A stretch of DNA of 64,000 nt from Ilumatobacteraceae bacterium (GTDB lineage Bacteria; Actinomycetota; Acidimicrobiia; Acidimicrobiales; Ilumatobacteraceae): contig CAWFYU010000022.1 of assembly GCA_963820085.1 (NCBI GenBank), positions 193,984-257,983 of the forward strand, in the 5' to 3' direction. This document shows, piece by piece, positions 56,112 to 64,000 of the stretch. The notes beneath the pieces were generated by a model that saw nothing but the letters and a program-made list of their open reading frames with translations, did no database searches and was not told where the DNA came from. Position numbers and translations under genes: made by a program. Numbering within the stretch: the stretch's first letter is position 1; each line of letters begins with the position of its first letter.

Positions 56112-58280
56112 ATGCCGACCCCTCTCGATTTCGCGCTCGACCACAAGGGGTCCGCGACCGGCAACATCGAGCGTAGGCGCCTGCGCCCGGAGATTCAGGG
56201 GCTGCGCGCCATCGCCGTACTCCTCGTCGTCGGCTACCACCTCTCTCCGAACTCGCTCTCCGGCGGATTCGTCGGGGTTGACGTCTTCTTCGTCATCTCG
56301 GGCTTCCTCATCACCGCCCATCTCGATGCGCAGATCGCGAAGACGGGCAGCCTCTCCCTCAGGGATTTCTGGGGGAGACGGATGCGGCGTCTCCTGCCGG
56401 CGTCGTTTCTCGTCTTGATGGTCAGCAGTCTGTTGACCTGGCTGGTGGTGCCACAGACGCTGTGGGACCAGACCATCCGGCAGATCATCGCGAGCGCCCT
56501 CTATGTCCAGAACTGGGCGCTGGCTGCCGACGCCGTTGACTATTCGGCTGCGGGCAACTCGCCCACTCTCGTCCAGCACTATTGGTCCCTCTCGGTGGAG
56601 GAGCAGTTCTATATGGTGTGGCCGCTGCTGGCCGTGTCGGTCGTGGTGGTCCTGCGCATGGTCAAGCGCAGCCACTTCGCCCGCATCGGGCTCGTTGCAG
56701 TGATCGCTCTAATCACCGTTGCGTCGTTCGGCTATTCGGTCGCTCTGACCGACGCCGATCCCGGGCGCGCCTACTTCGTGACCGGCACCCGAGCTTGGGA
56801 GTTCGGCGTGGGCTCGCTGCTGGCCCTCACGATGCTGAGCGGCCTGAAGAACCCCGTCGCCCGGCTCGCCGCTGGCTGGGTCGGCGTGCTGGCGATCCTC
56901 TTTTCCGGCTTCGCCTACAGCTCGACCACGCCGTTCCCTGGGTGGTTGGCCGCCATCCCCGTCGTGGGGACAGCGCTGGTCATCACCGCCGGTGGCGCGA
57001 CGCGGTGGTCGGCTGCCCGGTTGTTGAGCCTGCGCCCGGCGACGTTCATCGGCGATATCTCCTATGCCGTCTACCTCTGGCATTGGCCACTGATCATCTG
57101 CGTTCCCTACATCGCTGCGACCGCTGGCGAACCCGTGGGTCAACTCGGTCACGCACGCGCGGCATTGGTGTTCGTCGCAACGATCGTCATCAGTTGGGCC
57201 AGCACCCGCTGGATCGAGGACCCGCTCCGCACCAACGCCTGGTTGAGCCGGAGCTTCCTCACCACCTCTCTGGCGGTAGCCACCTCGATGGCGGTGCTGA
57301 TCGGCGCGGGCATGCTGTTGCGCACCGACCTCGATCGACAGGTTGCGGCCACCGAAGGAAACGTGGCGGAGGCTCTCGAGGGGAACGCACCAGTTGCTCC
57401 CGGTTCACTTCCGAGCGGGTGTCTGGGGCCTGCCGCGCTCACGCGTGCCAACAATTGCCCGAGTGTCGCCGGACCTGGGCCTCTCCTCGCCGAACCCGCC
57501 GTGGTGACTCGCCAGAACACGGCGGCGGCTTTTCCGGATTGCCAATCAACCGCCGAAGAAGCCACCGTGCTGTCCTGTGAACTGGGTGCGGCGGACAGTG
57601 CGGCCACGAGAACGATTGCGATCGTCGGCGACTCGCATGCAACGCATTGGTTCAGTGCACTGGATGCCTTGGGCAAGGCAAAGGGGTGGAAGGTCGTGAC
57701 CTTCACGCGGTCTGGCTGCCCCTTCACCGCCGCGCTCCGCGGTCTGCCCGATGAAATCCTGGGGCAATCAGCCGTGTGCTCCAACGGTAACGACGAGGTG
57801 TTGGCGACGTTGCGGAACGACCCGGCGATCAGTCTGGTCTTCACCTCCGCTTTCAGCAGCGCCTACACCTGGTCCACTGGCTCGGGGTCCGGCGAGCGAC
57901 GAACCGGTGATCAGGCGCTCGAGGCCGGGACCAGGAAGTACGCCGACGCCCTTGCGGCAGCAGGCAAGGAACTCATCGTGATCCGCGACGTACCAGCCGT
58001 GAAGGACCAGAAGAACGCTCCCGACTGCCTGGCGGCAACCGACAACGTGCGCACCTGCGGTCTGGCGCGGGCGGAGGGTTTGACGAGGGATGCGTACGCA
58101 GAGGTGGCTGCCGGCCTTGGTCTGCCAGTGATCGAGCTGACGCCCCAGTTCTGCGACAGCGAGTGGTGCCATGTTGTCGTCGGGGATGTGATCGTCTATC
58201 GCGACTACAGCCATCTCAGCGCTGAGTACTCAACGATGATGGCTCCCTATCTCGATGCAGCCATCGCCGGCCTGCGCTGA
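56112..58280 (+). CDS. Acyltransferase-3 (OafA/YrhL-type) membrane protein with C-terminal SGNH domain
   Basis: EIQGLRAIAVLLVVGYHL, about 10 TM helices, then IAIVGDSHATHW (the SGNH block I Ser). Confidence 0.85.
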   Translation: MPTPLDFALDHKGSATGNIERRRLRPEIQGLRAIAVLLVVGYHLSPNSLSGGFVGVDVFFVISGFLITAHLDAQIAKTGSLSLRDFWGRRMRRLLPASFLVLMVSSLLTWLVVPQTLWDQTIRQIIASALYVQNWALAADAVDYSAAGNSPTLVQHYWSLSVEEQFYMVWPLLAVSVVVVLRMVKRSHFARIGLVAVIALITVASFGYSVALTDADPGRAYFVTGTRAWEFGVGSLLALTMLSGLKNPVARLAAGWVGVLAILFSGFAYSSTTPFPGWLAAIPVVGTALVITAGGATRWSAARLLSLRPATFIGDISYAVYLWHWPLIICVPYIAATAGEPVGQLGHARAALVFVATIVISWASTRWIEDPLRTNAWLSRSFLTTSLAVATSMAVLIGAGMLLRTDLDRQVAATEGNVAEALEGNAPVAPGSLPSGCLGPAALTRANNCPSVAGPGPLLAEPAVVTRQNTAAAFPDCQSTAEEATVLSCELGAADSAATRTIAIVGDSHATHWFSALDALGKAKGWKVVTFTRSGCPFTAALRGLPDEILGQSAVCSNGNDEVLATLRNDPAISLVFTSAFSSAYTWSTGSGSGERRTGDQALEAGTRKYADALAAAGKELIVIRDVPAVKDQKNAPDCLAATDNVRTCGLARAEGLTRDAYAEVAAGLGLPVIELTPQFCDSEWCHVVVGDVIVYRDYSHLSAEYSTMMAPYLDAAIAGLR

Positions 58281-58364
58281 CCCCTCTGCCGAAACGAACG
58301 AACGAGGATCTCCCGCTAGAGCAAGCTCTCACGCCGACGTTCCGGCCATTCGAACCCCAGCCGG

Positions 58365-60365
58365 TCAGACGATCTCGATGGCGACCAGGGCCGTAATCGA
58401 CGGGTAGTTGTCGCCGAGTGACTCGCTCGTCAGCAGCATGCAATGCAGCCCTTCGCCACGACCACCGAACTCTTCGAAGTCGGTGCACAACGGCAAGCTG
58501 CTCACCGATGCCACATCGACAAGTCCGGTGTCCGCCACGTTCCAATGCATCACGCAGTCGCCATCGAAGCCGCTGGTCGACACCGACTCGGGGACGTCGT
58601 TGCAGCTGTCGCCGTCGAAGGCGTTTCCATTCCAGTCCCACTCGAATGCGCTGACGATCACCGGAGGCATGAAGCCGGACACATCGCTGACCTGCCACGT
58701 GGATGACCAGTCGGTGAAGGTGAAGGTGGAGAGGCCGGCCATGCCGTCATCGACCTTGCCCGCATTGTCGAGTGCCACAAGATCTGATCCGACTTGCCAT
58801 CCGAAGCTGAGTTCCCCGGCACTGTGCTTGTCGCCGTCGTTGGTCACCTTGATGCCGACGAGCGTGTACGCCAGATCGAAGGTCGGCGCACTCTGCGACA
58901 GAAACTGACCGACCCGATACGACGTCCGACCCTGAGCGTCTTGGGCGGTGACGATGATGTGGTACTGCGTGTTGCTGGCCAGCCCATCAAGGGTCGGATC
59001 CCACTCTTGGGTGTATTCCAGCCCACTGTTCACCCACTCATCGACTGCGGCAAATGACGGGACCGACCCGTCGAAGCTCGGTGCCGCGGTGGACACCGAG
59101 GCCTGGAACAACGCCGGAGTGTGGCTGCGCACGGCAAGCGCGCTCGACGTGTAGTCCGCGCCGGGCGACAGCACTGCCGACGTGATGCACTGCGTTGCAC
59201 ACCCGGAGTCTCCACCGGCATCGGCCAACCCGTCCGGCGGGTCGAACGGTGACCGGGTGCGGAAGGTGCCGTTGCGATACGACACGTCGTCGTCGCCGTC
59301 GGTCGCGCTGACGATGATGTGATAGTCGGTGCTGGCCTGCAGCGGCGACAGATCCGCCGTCCACGCAGTGGCGCCGGCACCGGACACGTCGATCGGGTCG
59401 ACACCGGGAAATGACGGGACGCCGTCGTCGACCTGGGGAGCGTTCGTCGACACCCACACTCGCACGGTTGCCGGTGTGTCGGTGGTGACATCGAGCGAGA
59501 TGTTGGCGGTCTGCACGTTGGAACGAAGCAGGGCACTGACGATGCACTGGTTGCTGCAACCGCCAACTCCTTCACCGGCGCTGATCGTGCCATTGCCGCC
59601 AAGGGACTCGAAGCCCAGCCGCGGGTTGTAGGCATGCACGTCGACGTACTGACTGTGGTTGGGCTCGGACACCTTGATCTTGAAGTCGATCGACCCATCG
59701 CCGTAGGCCTCGGCGTCGATCACGAAACTGACCAGCGTCGATTCACCGGGAAGGGTTGTCTCGCCGGCGGTCGACAGTGCGATCTTCGGATTGACCGCAG
59801 CGGTCCAGGCGATATCGCCGTCGCTGCAGTTCGTCACCGCGAACTCTCCCTCGATGTCGTTGGAGTCCAGGTTGACCGGATCGGGATGAACGACGAGCGA
59901 CGAACCATCAGCAACGAGGTTGTCGCACGGATGTGGCGCGGCTGGCGGACCTGGCGGAATGTCGACCGGGCCGCCCCCGCCGTTCTGCCCGTTGTCGTTT
60001 CCGTCGACACCGTCGCCGTCAGCGTCAGAGCCGTCGTTCTGGTTGTCGAAGGGTTCCAAGCCTGGGAAGTCTTCCGACTCGAACATGGCTTCCTCGTCAG
60101 CTTCGGTTTGAGCGTCGCCGGGGTCCGGAGGTTGGTCGGGGACGGTCGGTGCAGGGGGTGCCAGTCCCGAGATGGTCGCATCAGCAACGGTGCCGTCGGA
60201 ACTTGTCTGGGTGGACGTGGGTGACGTCTCGCTGCTGCCGGCGGCACAGCCGACGGCGAGCACGCATGCGGCAAACACGGCCAGGGTGTTGACGACCAGT
60301 CGGTTGCGGTGCTGGCCGCGCTCCATGCGGTTGGCGTCGATCGAGTTGGTGTGGGTGGCGTTCAT
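58365..60365 (-). CDS. Large (666 aa) lipoprotein of unknown function with an acidic Asp/Gly/Asn tract and two ~105-aa internal repeats
   Basis: Lipobox LAVGCAAG, the tract DGSDADGDGVDGNDNGQNGGGG, and repeats beginning GGCSNQCIVSALL and SGCATQCITSAVL and ending YHIIVSATD / YHIIVTAQD. The ATG at 60365 was checked. Confidence 0.7.
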   Translation of the reverse strand: MNATHTNSIDANRMERGQHRNRLVVNTLAVFAACVLAVGCAAGSSETSPTSTQTSSDGTVADATISGLAPPAPTVPDQPPDPGDAQTEADEEAMFESEDFPGLEPFDNQNDGSDADGDGVDGNDNGQNGGGGPVDIPPGPPAAPHPCDNLVADGSSLVVHPDPVNLDSNDIEGEFAVTNCSDGDIAWTAAVNPKIALSTAGETTLPGESTLVSFVIDAEAYGDGSIDFKIKVSEPNHSQYVDVHAYNPRLGFESLGGNGTISAGEGVGGCSNQCIVSALLRSNVQTANISLDVTTDTPATVRVWVSTNAPQVDDGVPSFPGVDPIDVSGAGATAWTADLSPLQASTDYHIIVSATDGDDDVSYRNGTFRTRSPFDPPDGLADAGGDSGCATQCITSAVLSPGADYTSSALAVRSHTPALFQASVSTAAPSFDGSVPSFAAVDEWVNSGLEYTQEWDPTLDGLASNTQYHIIVTAQDAQGRTSYRVGQFLSQSAPTFDLAYTLVGIKVTNDGDKHSAGELSFGWQVGSDLVALDNAGKVDDGMAGLSTFTFTDWSSTWQVSDVSGFMPPVIVSAFEWDWNGNAFDGDSCNDVPESVSTSGFDGDCVMHWNVADTGLVDVASVSSLPLCTDFEEFGGRGEGLHCMLLTSESLGDNYPSITALVAIEIV

Positions 60366-60572
60366 GATGTCTCCTCGGGTTGGGTTGGTTACCCGTCCAG
60401 AGCACGATCGGTCCCGCCCCTTGCACTTCGCCAGGAAGTTCCTCCACGGCGAACCCGCATTGGCACACCGCGACTCCACTGGAAGCCAGGAGTGCCAAAC
60501 GCGAATCCGAACCTCAAGTCGATGCGTCAGATCGTGGCCGACGCAATCAGTTCGGTATCGCGGGGCAACGGG

Positions 60573-60752
60573 CTATCGAGGGTGCTGACTTCGGTGACGC
60601 AGATTGATGGCCAGTCCCACCAGAGGAACGGCTGCGAACGCCATTCCACCCCAGCTCGTCGCAATGTTGATCACGATCGCAGCGACGACCACCGCCACGA
60701 AGACAACGATCTCAGTCAGCGTCGGTCGGACGAACTTGTTTGTTCCAGACAC
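60573..60752 (-). CDS. Possible small (59 aa) two-TM membrane protein
   Basis: Hand translation from GTG 60752: VSGTNKFVRPTLTEIVVFVAVVVAAIVINIATSWGGMAFAAVPLVGLAINLRHRSQHPR, ending at TAG 60573-60575. It is below the ORF-track length cutoff and has no clear ribosome-binding site. Confidence 0.3.
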   Translation of the reverse strand: MSGTNKFVRPTLTEIVVFVAVVVAAIVINIATSWGGMAFAAVPLVGLAINLRHRSQHPR

Positions 60753-60800
60753 GGTCGCCGACCGTAGTCGGGCCTGCGTCCACCGCAGCTTGGCGCGGTA

Positions 60801-62198
60801 TCACCCGTAGTACGTGAGCTCGACTCCGGTCGATGTGGAGGACAGCCGAACGATGCCTCCATCGACCAGATACGTCGAGGCCTCGGGATCGGCTGGAAGC
60901 CTCCAGATCGGTTCGCAGTCGAGGTCGTACATCGTCCCATTCCCATAGAACCCATGCCGCACTGCGCCAACTGTCTCCGGGAATCCGCACCGCACCTCTC
61001 CCGTTTCGGCGACAAGAACCTCGGAAGGGACGTCTTCGAAGTCCCCTGAAGCCGTCGTCTCGAATCCAGTTGCGAGGGCGTGGACGTGCTCCTCGATCAG
61101 TCCAACAATCTGAACGTCCCTGAGAACCTCACCCGGAGATAGCCGGCTCCAGACGATCTCGCCGGTCACAGGGTCGAAGACGACAAAGTCGGAAAGGAAC
61201 TTGATGCTGGCTACGTCGCTACCGGAGCCAAGCGCTTGAAGGACGGGCGAGGACGAGTAGCCAATCGGCAACTCCCTGAGCAAGGTGCCGGTTCGGTCGT
61301 ACACAAAGAGTGATCCATCGCTTGCTCCGACGATGAAGGATGCGGTCACGGCGAACGAGTCGAACAGCGAAACGTCACGGTCAAGCCGCGTCGAATTCAC
61401 CGGTTCCAACGTCGCGAGGTCGAACTCGATGAGCGTTTCGCCATCCGGGCGGAGCGGCCCGACAGCGCCGCGAGCGGTGCGATGGAAACTCCCCATCGCT
61501 TCGAGCGTGTACCGATCCAGTGCGATCGCAAGCTGCGGATTGGCCGGGTCGTCGACCCGGAGATAGCCCGGCAGGCCACCCGTGACGATCGGTTCGCCAG
61601 GTTCAGTTCGCCACAACTCTTCTCCGGTGGCAGCCTCGATGCCGGAGTTGAACCGCTCGAAGAACGGTGTCAGCCATTCGACAACGATGACGTCGTCGAC
61701 GAGTTGAACGAGACCTATCGTGTGGTCGTCGATCGTTGTGGTCCAGAGGGCTTCGCCATTGGCTCGATCAAGCGCATTGATGCTGTGCACGTTGTCGGTG
61801 ACGGCTTGATAGACGAGGACATCGCCGGAGCCGAACACGCTGTCGAGCTCAGTGACCGGCACCGCAACCTGCCATTGCATCTCCGGTGCAAGCGGCATCT
61901 GGGGACGCCGCGCTCGTTCACCGAAGGGATCATCCGCCGGGTCGATCGGCTCAATGGGCCGAGGCGCGTTGTTCAGGATCGTGACGCCCTCGGTCGGTTC
62001 TGTGGTCGAGGGAGCGACGGGTTCCGTTGGCGCCGGTTCGGTCCCGACGGTCGTCGGTGGATCGGGCGCTGGTTCTGTTGCAATCGTGACCGGAGCGTCG
62101 ACTCGTTCGGTCTGTACCTCGGTCCCGCCACTGCACGCTGCCGCCAACACCACGGAGAATGCCAGGCCGAGAAACCCGGCACTTTGTCGAGCCCGCAC
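60801..62198 (-). CDS. PQQ-like/BamB-like beta-propeller repeat lipoprotein
   Basis: Lipobox LAAACSGG and a PT-rich linker. The G-E-x-x-W blade motif recurs (GEALWTT, GEELWRT, GEIVWSR). GTG start at 62198. Confidence 0.65.
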   Translation of the reverse strand: MRARQSAGFLGLAFSVVLAAACSGGTEVQTERVDAPVTIATEPAPDPPTTVGTEPAPTEPVAPSTTEPTEGVTILNNAPRPIEPIDPADDPFGERARRPQMPLAPEMQWQVAVPVTELDSVFGSGDVLVYQAVTDNVHSINALDRANGEALWTTTIDDHTIGLVQLVDDVIVVEWLTPFFERFNSGIEAATGEELWRTEPGEPIVTGGLPGYLRVDDPANPQLAIALDRYTLEAMGSFHRTARGAVGPLRPDGETLIEFDLATLEPVNSTRLDRDVSLFDSFAVTASFIVGASDGSLFVYDRTGTLLRELPIGYSSSPVLQALGSGSDVASIKFLSDFVVFDPVTGEIVWSRLSPGEVLRDVQIVGLIEEHVHALATGFETTASGDFEDVPSEVLVAETGEVRCGFPETVGAVRHGFYGNGTMYDLDCEPIWRLPADPEASTYLVDGGIVRLSSTSTGVELTYYG

Positions 62199-62339
62199 GG
62201 AGCAAACGTAGACGCTGGTACCGCGATTCGGCCATTCATTCTCGGCCGACGTCTCCCCTCCTGCTCGCGTCTACGCGGCACGCCGGCTCTGCTGCCAATT
62301 GGTCCCGCCGCCAGCACGTCATCACGACAGAATGATGAG

Positions 62340-62867
62340 ATGCAGAACCGGGAGCCCTCGAATCTGCCGACACCGATGCGCTCCGAACCGACGGTCCGCA
62401 TATACCCGCCTCCCGTCACGCTCATCTGGCCGAGCGTCTTCCTCAGCGGAGTGGCGATTTTCATGTCGTTCGTTCTGATCCGTGGGGCAGTGACGGAACC
62501 CAACCTCCAGCTCTCCGACTTCGTCGGATACATCGTTGTCGGGGGCGTGTTTGTCGGCGTTCCCATCATCATGCTCATCAGCGCCGTGCGCGGCGGAGTG
62601 AGTTCCGAGGGCCGCTCCCTTGAGCTGCGGTCCGGTCTGATGACGCGCACGATCCCTGCAGAAGACATCAACGCATTCGTCGAGGTCGACTCGATTGGAC
62701 GGCGCGCCTCCCGCTACCCCTATCGTCGCGCCGTGGCGCTGCGTCCAGGCTCGCCATCCGATCGCGCCGATCGATGGGAAGACAGAGGGGCAATCGCACG
62801 CAGGGTCCGACAGCTCGGTTTCAAACTCGGCAATCGGCAGCCGGGCGACATTCTATCTCAGGTTTGA
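62340..62867 (+). CDS. Membrane protein with two TM helices and a bacterial PH-like C-terminal domain (hypothetical)
   Basis: Only the last 175 aa of ORF 61482..62867 are non-antisense. TM segments are LIWPSVFLSGVAIFMSFVLI and FVGYIVVGGVFVGVPIIMLISAV, followed by LELRSGLMTRTIPAEDINAFVEV. Confidence 0.45.
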   Translation: MQNREPSNLPTPMRSEPTVRIYPPPVTLIWPSVFLSGVAIFMSFVLIRGAVTEPNLQLSDFVGYIVVGGVFVGVPIIMLISAVRGGVSSEGRSLELRSGLMTRTIPAEDINAFVEVDSIGRRASRYPYRRAVALRPGSPSDRADRWEDRGAIARRVRQLGFKLGNRQPGDILSQV

Positions 62868-63323
62868 TGACGGCATTCAGAGCGCGGGCGCGGTCCGATA
62901 ACGCAGTCCAGCAGCTCAAAGCATGGCACGAATGGGCGCTCGGCACTCATGATCCCGGGGAAACTCATCGTTGACCGAGCGGATTGCTCGAGCATGCTGA
63001 GATCGCGCCGGGCGTCTTGAGCTTGGCGAAGTAGAGCCTCGGAGGAGCCAGCGACACCGGCCGGTGATCGTGGGAGCCGGGGCTCATGCGCGTTCTGCCT
63101 GAAGCCCCGAGCCAAACGATGTGGCGACGACGCGTCCGGATCTCGCTCGACTCCGTGGACACCGCTCGGTTCTCTTCATGGTGTTCGTCCGCCCCCACCT
63201 ACGCGGGTCACCGCGACGGACTTGATCGTCTCCGAGCAATCGGGGATGGTGAAGACGCCTTCGATCAGTACTGGAGAAAGTGGCCCGATTGCCTGCCCGT
63301 AGGTACGGAGCCGGGGTTCTGCG

Positions 63324-64000
63324 CTACCTGGTCTTGTTCAACGCCGCCCAGAACTCCGTGACCGCTCCCACGGCGTAGCGGCGGTCGCGATCAGCGCTGC
63401 CGCTCATCAGGAAATCCGCGTACGACCGGGGCCCAACAGAATCCGTGTCGACGAACTGCTCCGCCAATCGCTCAAGTTGCTCCATCACCTGCGAAGCGAA
63501 TTCGCCCTCCAGGAGCGGGCTGGCGAGCACTCGTCGGGCGGCCTCGTCCGGTCCAAGCCCGGCAATGAGCCAGACCACGTCGTAGGAGTCCTTCGACTTG
63601 GAACGACGCATGATCGCGTCCGATTTCAGGCAGAGCCACGATGCGACGCCTGCCACGGGAAACTCGAATCTCAGCTTCCCATCACTCGTCTCAACCATGC
63701 GGTCGACCGTCACCGTGTCGTCCACAACCAGATATCCGAACCCAACAGCGAGGGCGGTGATCTCACCGTTGGGCCCCACATTGAGTTCGGCATTCGTGTC
63801 CCCCGCTGGCGACTCCGGTCGACCCCCTCGTGTGCGTTGCGGACACAACAGCTCGACCTGGAGCTGTGCGCCGCGGTGAGTTCCCATCCAACGCCACTTG
63901 ACCTCACGTTCGCCGCTGGTGTCCGGCGAGAGGCCCAGTCCTCGAAGACCATCGATGATTGCGTCGTAGTAGTCGGCGGTCTCGCCGTCCATCAGATGCA
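63324..64000 (-). CDS. Nucleotidyltransferase-fold protein (AbiEii/MNT-like C-terminal region); 5' end probably beyond the window
   Basis: The frame stays open to the window edge. LCLKSDAIMRRSKSKDSYDVVWLI resembles the K..A...R...KD..D helix of AbiEii-type nucleotidyltransferases. The N-terminal catalytic GS/DxD motifs are not visible. Confidence 0.4.
   Translation of the reverse strand, partial: HLMDGETADYYDAIIDGLRGLGLSPDTSGEREVKWRWMGTHRGAQLQVELLCPQRTRGGRPESPAGDTNAELNVGPNGEITALAVGFGYLVVDDTVTVDRMVETSDGKLRFEFPVAGVASWLCLKSDAIMRRSKSKDSYDVVWLIAGLGPDEAARRVLASPLLEGEFASQVMEQLERLAEQFVDTDSVGPRSYADFLMSGSADRDRRYAVGAVTEFWAALNKTR

Noticed and set aside
61482-62339. First 286 codons of ORF 61482..62867 (+)
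   Set aside because: This part is antisense to the beta-propeller lipoprotein gene and Arg-rich. A hydrophobic, protein-like sequence starts only at ATG 62340.
62868-63323. Small ORFs 62858..63115 -, 62965..63198 - and 63086..63361 + as possible antitoxin or regulator genes next to the nucleotidyltransferase-like gene
   Set aside because: No recognisable helix-turn-helix or antitoxin motifs, mutually overlapping frames and poor composition. In AbiE-type pairs the partner precedes the toxin, which here would place it beyond the window end.
1-64000. rRNA, tRNA, transposase/IS, integrase, prophage or known defence-system genes
   Set aside because: I recognised none while reading the ORF track and the intergenic regions. 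The intergenic gaps are mostly under 300 nt, with no cloverleaf-like or rRNA-like sequence noticed. This is a by-eye negative and not an exhaustive scan.

Overview
High-GC (roughly two-thirds G+C by eye) chromosomal segment that looks Actinomycetota-like. That assignment is an inference from gene content: coproporphyrin-type haem genes, a class E-like sortase, Lnt, HelD, an F420/LLM-type oxidoreductase and DUF1348. I recognise about 55 protein-coding genes and no rRNA, tRNA, CRISPR array, transposase, integrase or phage gene.

Gene content, left to right:
- 1-12.1 kb: a tightly coupled hydantoinase A/B - CoA ligase - Rieske oxygenase block, then a BMP-type ABC importer and an aldo/keto reductase.
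- 12.1-17.7 kb: VOC protein, quinone oxidoreductase, O-methyltransferase and two amidohydrolases.
- 17.8-25.4 kb: helD, then hemE and hemH separated from hemY by a two-gene opposite-strand insert.
- 25.4-30.2 kb: sortase, an Lnt-like protein, and lipoprotein/secreted-protein genes.
- 30.4-36.2 kb: fatty-acid/CoA metabolism, dtd and an aldose-epimerase-like gene.
- 36.2-39.4 kb: small helical protein, WXG-domain alpha/beta hydrolase and NOX-like membrane flavocytochrome.
- 39.7-41.4 kb: DUF1348-TetR-MOSC operon.
- 41.7-43.6 kb: sigma/anti-sigma fusion.
- 43.7-47.8 kb: GT4 - methyltransferase - alpha/alpha-toroid - PlsC envelope cluster.
- 47.9-58.3 kb: housekeeping and transport genes, homospermidine synthase and an OafA-type acyltransferase.
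- 58.3-64 kb: a visibly less GC-rich tail with two large lipoproteins and a partial nucleotidyltransferase-fold gene.

Most unusual signals:
1. A ~31-bp palindromic repeat family: five tandem copies at 22208-22368, plus single copies at 23248 and 45742.
2. A 62-bp x3 tandem repeat in the 337-nt intergenic region upstream of the WXG-hydrolase operon.
3. An Lnt-like protein whose nucleophile cysteine position reads serine.
4. A sigma/ZAS/TM/Ig-like gene that is continuous only across two compensating frame changes.
5. An unusually high density of apparent frame disruptions (at least 8 loci). This could be sequence error or real gene decay.

I cannot name a single clearly novel system with confidence. 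The best candidates are the 36.2-39.7 kb module and the repeat family.
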